DNA of 64,000 nucleotides from a virus (Duplodnaviria; Heunggongvirae; Uroviricota; Caudoviricetes): IMG/VR virus record IMGVR_UViG_3300023371_000080; one strand, 5' to 3'. Shown piece by piece: positions 62,745 to 64,000 of this stretch (position 1 is its first letter; each line of letters starts with the position of its first letter). The notes under the pieces were generated by a model. It saw only the letters and a program-made list of their open reading frames with translations, ran no database searches and was not told where the DNA came from. The position numbers and the translations under genes were made by a program.

Positions 62745-63677
62745 TTAGTCATTGTAGATTTCAGACATTCTAGCCTTGAAATCAAAGTTGTTATCTGCAA
62801 TAACCTTTTTCATAAGAGCAAACATTCTCCAACCTTCACCCTTATACTCATTAAGCTTTTCATTTAAGAATGCAACCGCACTCATTCCGTATCTAACATC
62901 GAACTTGTCAACCTTGATGCCACAACCGTGGAACATTATAAGATTCTTAAGAGTATAGAACGCACCCTCACCCTTGTAAGCATCAAACCAAGCTTTGCTC
63001 TGAGGAGTGCTATAAGGAAGCTTAATCATATCACTCATGAAGTAACCAACAGCTCTATAGATTTCATTGTAATTTCTTGCATACTTAACGCTGTTGATTC
63101 TGCTTCTAAGCGGTGCATATATCTTCTTATCAATGTCTACTACAAAGATATCTCTGCCCTTGATTCTCTTATACGGAATACCCTTACAGTTCTTATTAGG
63201 AAGAGCGTCGATATACTTCTTAAGTTCTTCAAGATAATCATTCATAGTTGCTTCAATAACTTCCTTAGTAAAGAAGTGACTTCTCTCTACGAATGTGTCC
63301 GTATCTCTTGCTTCAAGCTTGCTAAGTACTCTGATTTCCTCAAGCATCATATCAAATGTATACTTGAAGCCCATTCTCTTGATGTATTCGTTATAGCCCT
63401 CTTTTCTTCCATCATAAGACTTGTAGTTCAGAGCGTGGAACATCTGAGCCATTACGAATCTTCTGTGGAGTTTGGTATTTCTTACGTAACCATCCTCAAT
63501 GATTGAGTTTGCGATGATGTCGTCTACTTTTACAGGGTTGCCATTCTTGTCGATAATAAGGTAAATCATTGTGCCATCTCCAGCATCAAGGGTAAAGTAC
63601 TTGCTAGTGTTAACTCCCATAGCGTTAAGTCTGTTCATTCTTTCATTCTTGTTCGTCATAATTTGTTTCTCCTTCAA
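62745..63677 (-). CDS. hypothetical protein
   Basis: 310-aa minus-strand ORF with good coding composition. Confidence 0.45.
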   Translation of the reverse strand: MKEKQIMTNKNERMNRLNAMGVNTSKYFTLDAGDGTMIYLIIDKNGNPVKVDDIIANSIIEDGYVRNTKLHRRFVMAQMFHALNYKSYDGRKEGYNEYIKRMGFKYTFDMMLEEIRVLSKLEARDTDTFVERSHFFTKEVIEATMNDYLEELKKYIDALPNKNCKGIPYKRIKGRDIFVVDIDKKIYAPLRSRINSVKYARNYNEIYRAVGYFMSDMIKLPYSTPQSKAWFDAYKGEGAFYTLKNLIMFHGCGIKVDKFDVRYGMSAVAFLNEKLNEYKGEGWRMFALMKKVIADNNFDFKARMSEIYND

Positions 63678-63731
63678 ATTTGTTTTATTTGCTCTGTATT
63701 GCCGAGCGTCGCATTATTTTTTTATTAATAA

Positions 63732-64000
63732 TTATTTTCCTTCGACCCAACTTCTTAAGATAATCAGGTCAGGGTCTGATGGGCGCTGATAGAACCATTT
63801 GCCCATAATTTCTTCATCCCACACAAAGTCTCCGCTGAGAATTGTGCATAATATAAACGCTTCAAGCGTAAACTGTGCAACCTCACGAGGCTGTCCAACA
63901 ATCAACTGTTCGTCAGTAAGCTCGTCTATTGACAGTGCTTTGAAATATTTCTTTCTCTTACCGTCACTTCTTTCGCTCGGAAGAGAGTATTTATAATTTC
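63732..64000 (-). CDS. 3' part of a minus-strand gene continuing beyond the window (hypothetical)
   Basis: Open frame from window edge to TAA at 63732-63734 (..ALSIDELTDEQLIVGQPREVAQFTLEAFILCTILSGDFVWDEEIMGKWFYQRPSDPDLIILRSWVEGK*). Confidence 0.4.
   Translation of the reverse strand, partial: NYKYSLPSERSDGKRKKYFKALSIDELTDEQLIVGQPREVAQFTLEAFILCTILSGDFVWDEEIMGKWFYQRPSDPDLIILRSWVEGK

Noticed and set aside
1-64000. CRISPR arrays, rRNA genes, insertion sequences with terminal inverted repeats
   Set aside because: No run of regularly spaced identical 25-40-bp repeats, no rRNA-like conserved stretches and no transposase ORFs were seen on either strand. The only mobile-type genes are HNH/GIY-YIG endonucleases and recombinases.

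Overview
This 64-kb window looks like a segment of a large, AT-rich dsDNA phage or phage-plasmid genome, probably from an anaerobic Firmicute (Clostridia-like) host. The host guess rests on the class III anaerobic RNR genes (NrdD/NrdG), two SleB-type cortex-lytic hydrolases, a large serine recombinase and the TubZ/TubR module. Almost every gene lies on the minus strand in tightly coupled operons. The only plus-strand module is a TubR/TubZ type-III partition cassette at the left edge.

Recognisable blocks, left to right:
- TubR/TubZ partition module, a large serine recombinase and two SleB-like hydrolases.
- Nucleotide-metabolism island: vWA protein, dUTPase, FTR-like Cys protein, NrdG, NrdD, NrdH-like glutaredoxin, 5'-deoxynucleotidase, P-loop kinase, ThyX, HD hydrolase and NAD-dependent ligase LigA.
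- Lysis genes: amidase_2 + SH3 endolysin with a TTG start, and a small membrane protein.
- A tRNA island with at least five minus-strand tRNAs, an HNH endonuclease, conserved hairpin repeats and tRNA-like fragments.
- An operon combining polynucleotide kinase/HD, a Pol-beta nucleotidyltransferase, a WGR-PARP, a macrodomain, an SPFH lipoprotein and an Rnl2/Rnl5-like RNA ligase with an N-terminal tRNA-binding OB domain.
- An adjacent NAD salvage/reconstitution operon: PncA-like, PRPP-synthetase-like, NAMPT-like, HAD and NadE.
- Replication module: DnaE-like polymerase, GIY-YIG nuclease, RecJ-like DHH exonuclease, many small Cys-rich proteins, a Toprim primase-like protein, DnaB-like helicase, a Sak4-like ATPase and an SSB-like acidic protein.
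- Two tyrosine-recombinase-like genes and a long cassette of small early-type genes, including an RNAP alpha-CTD-like protein.

The most unusual element is an array of five tandem paralogs sharing an invariant N-terminal motif K[IV]RxD[FY]VTNSSSSS[FY][IL], placed next to a Cys-rich SPASM/radical-SAM-like enzyme. Minus-strand promoters follow a repeated architecture: a TTGTAAA direct-repeat upstream element, a TTGACA -35, an extended TGnTATAAT -10, and a conserved ACAAAATGATTA leader immediately before the RBS. No CRISPR array or rRNA gene was seen. All coordinates and calls are from manual reading only; tRNA boundaries in particular need tRNAscan-SE or ARAGORN.
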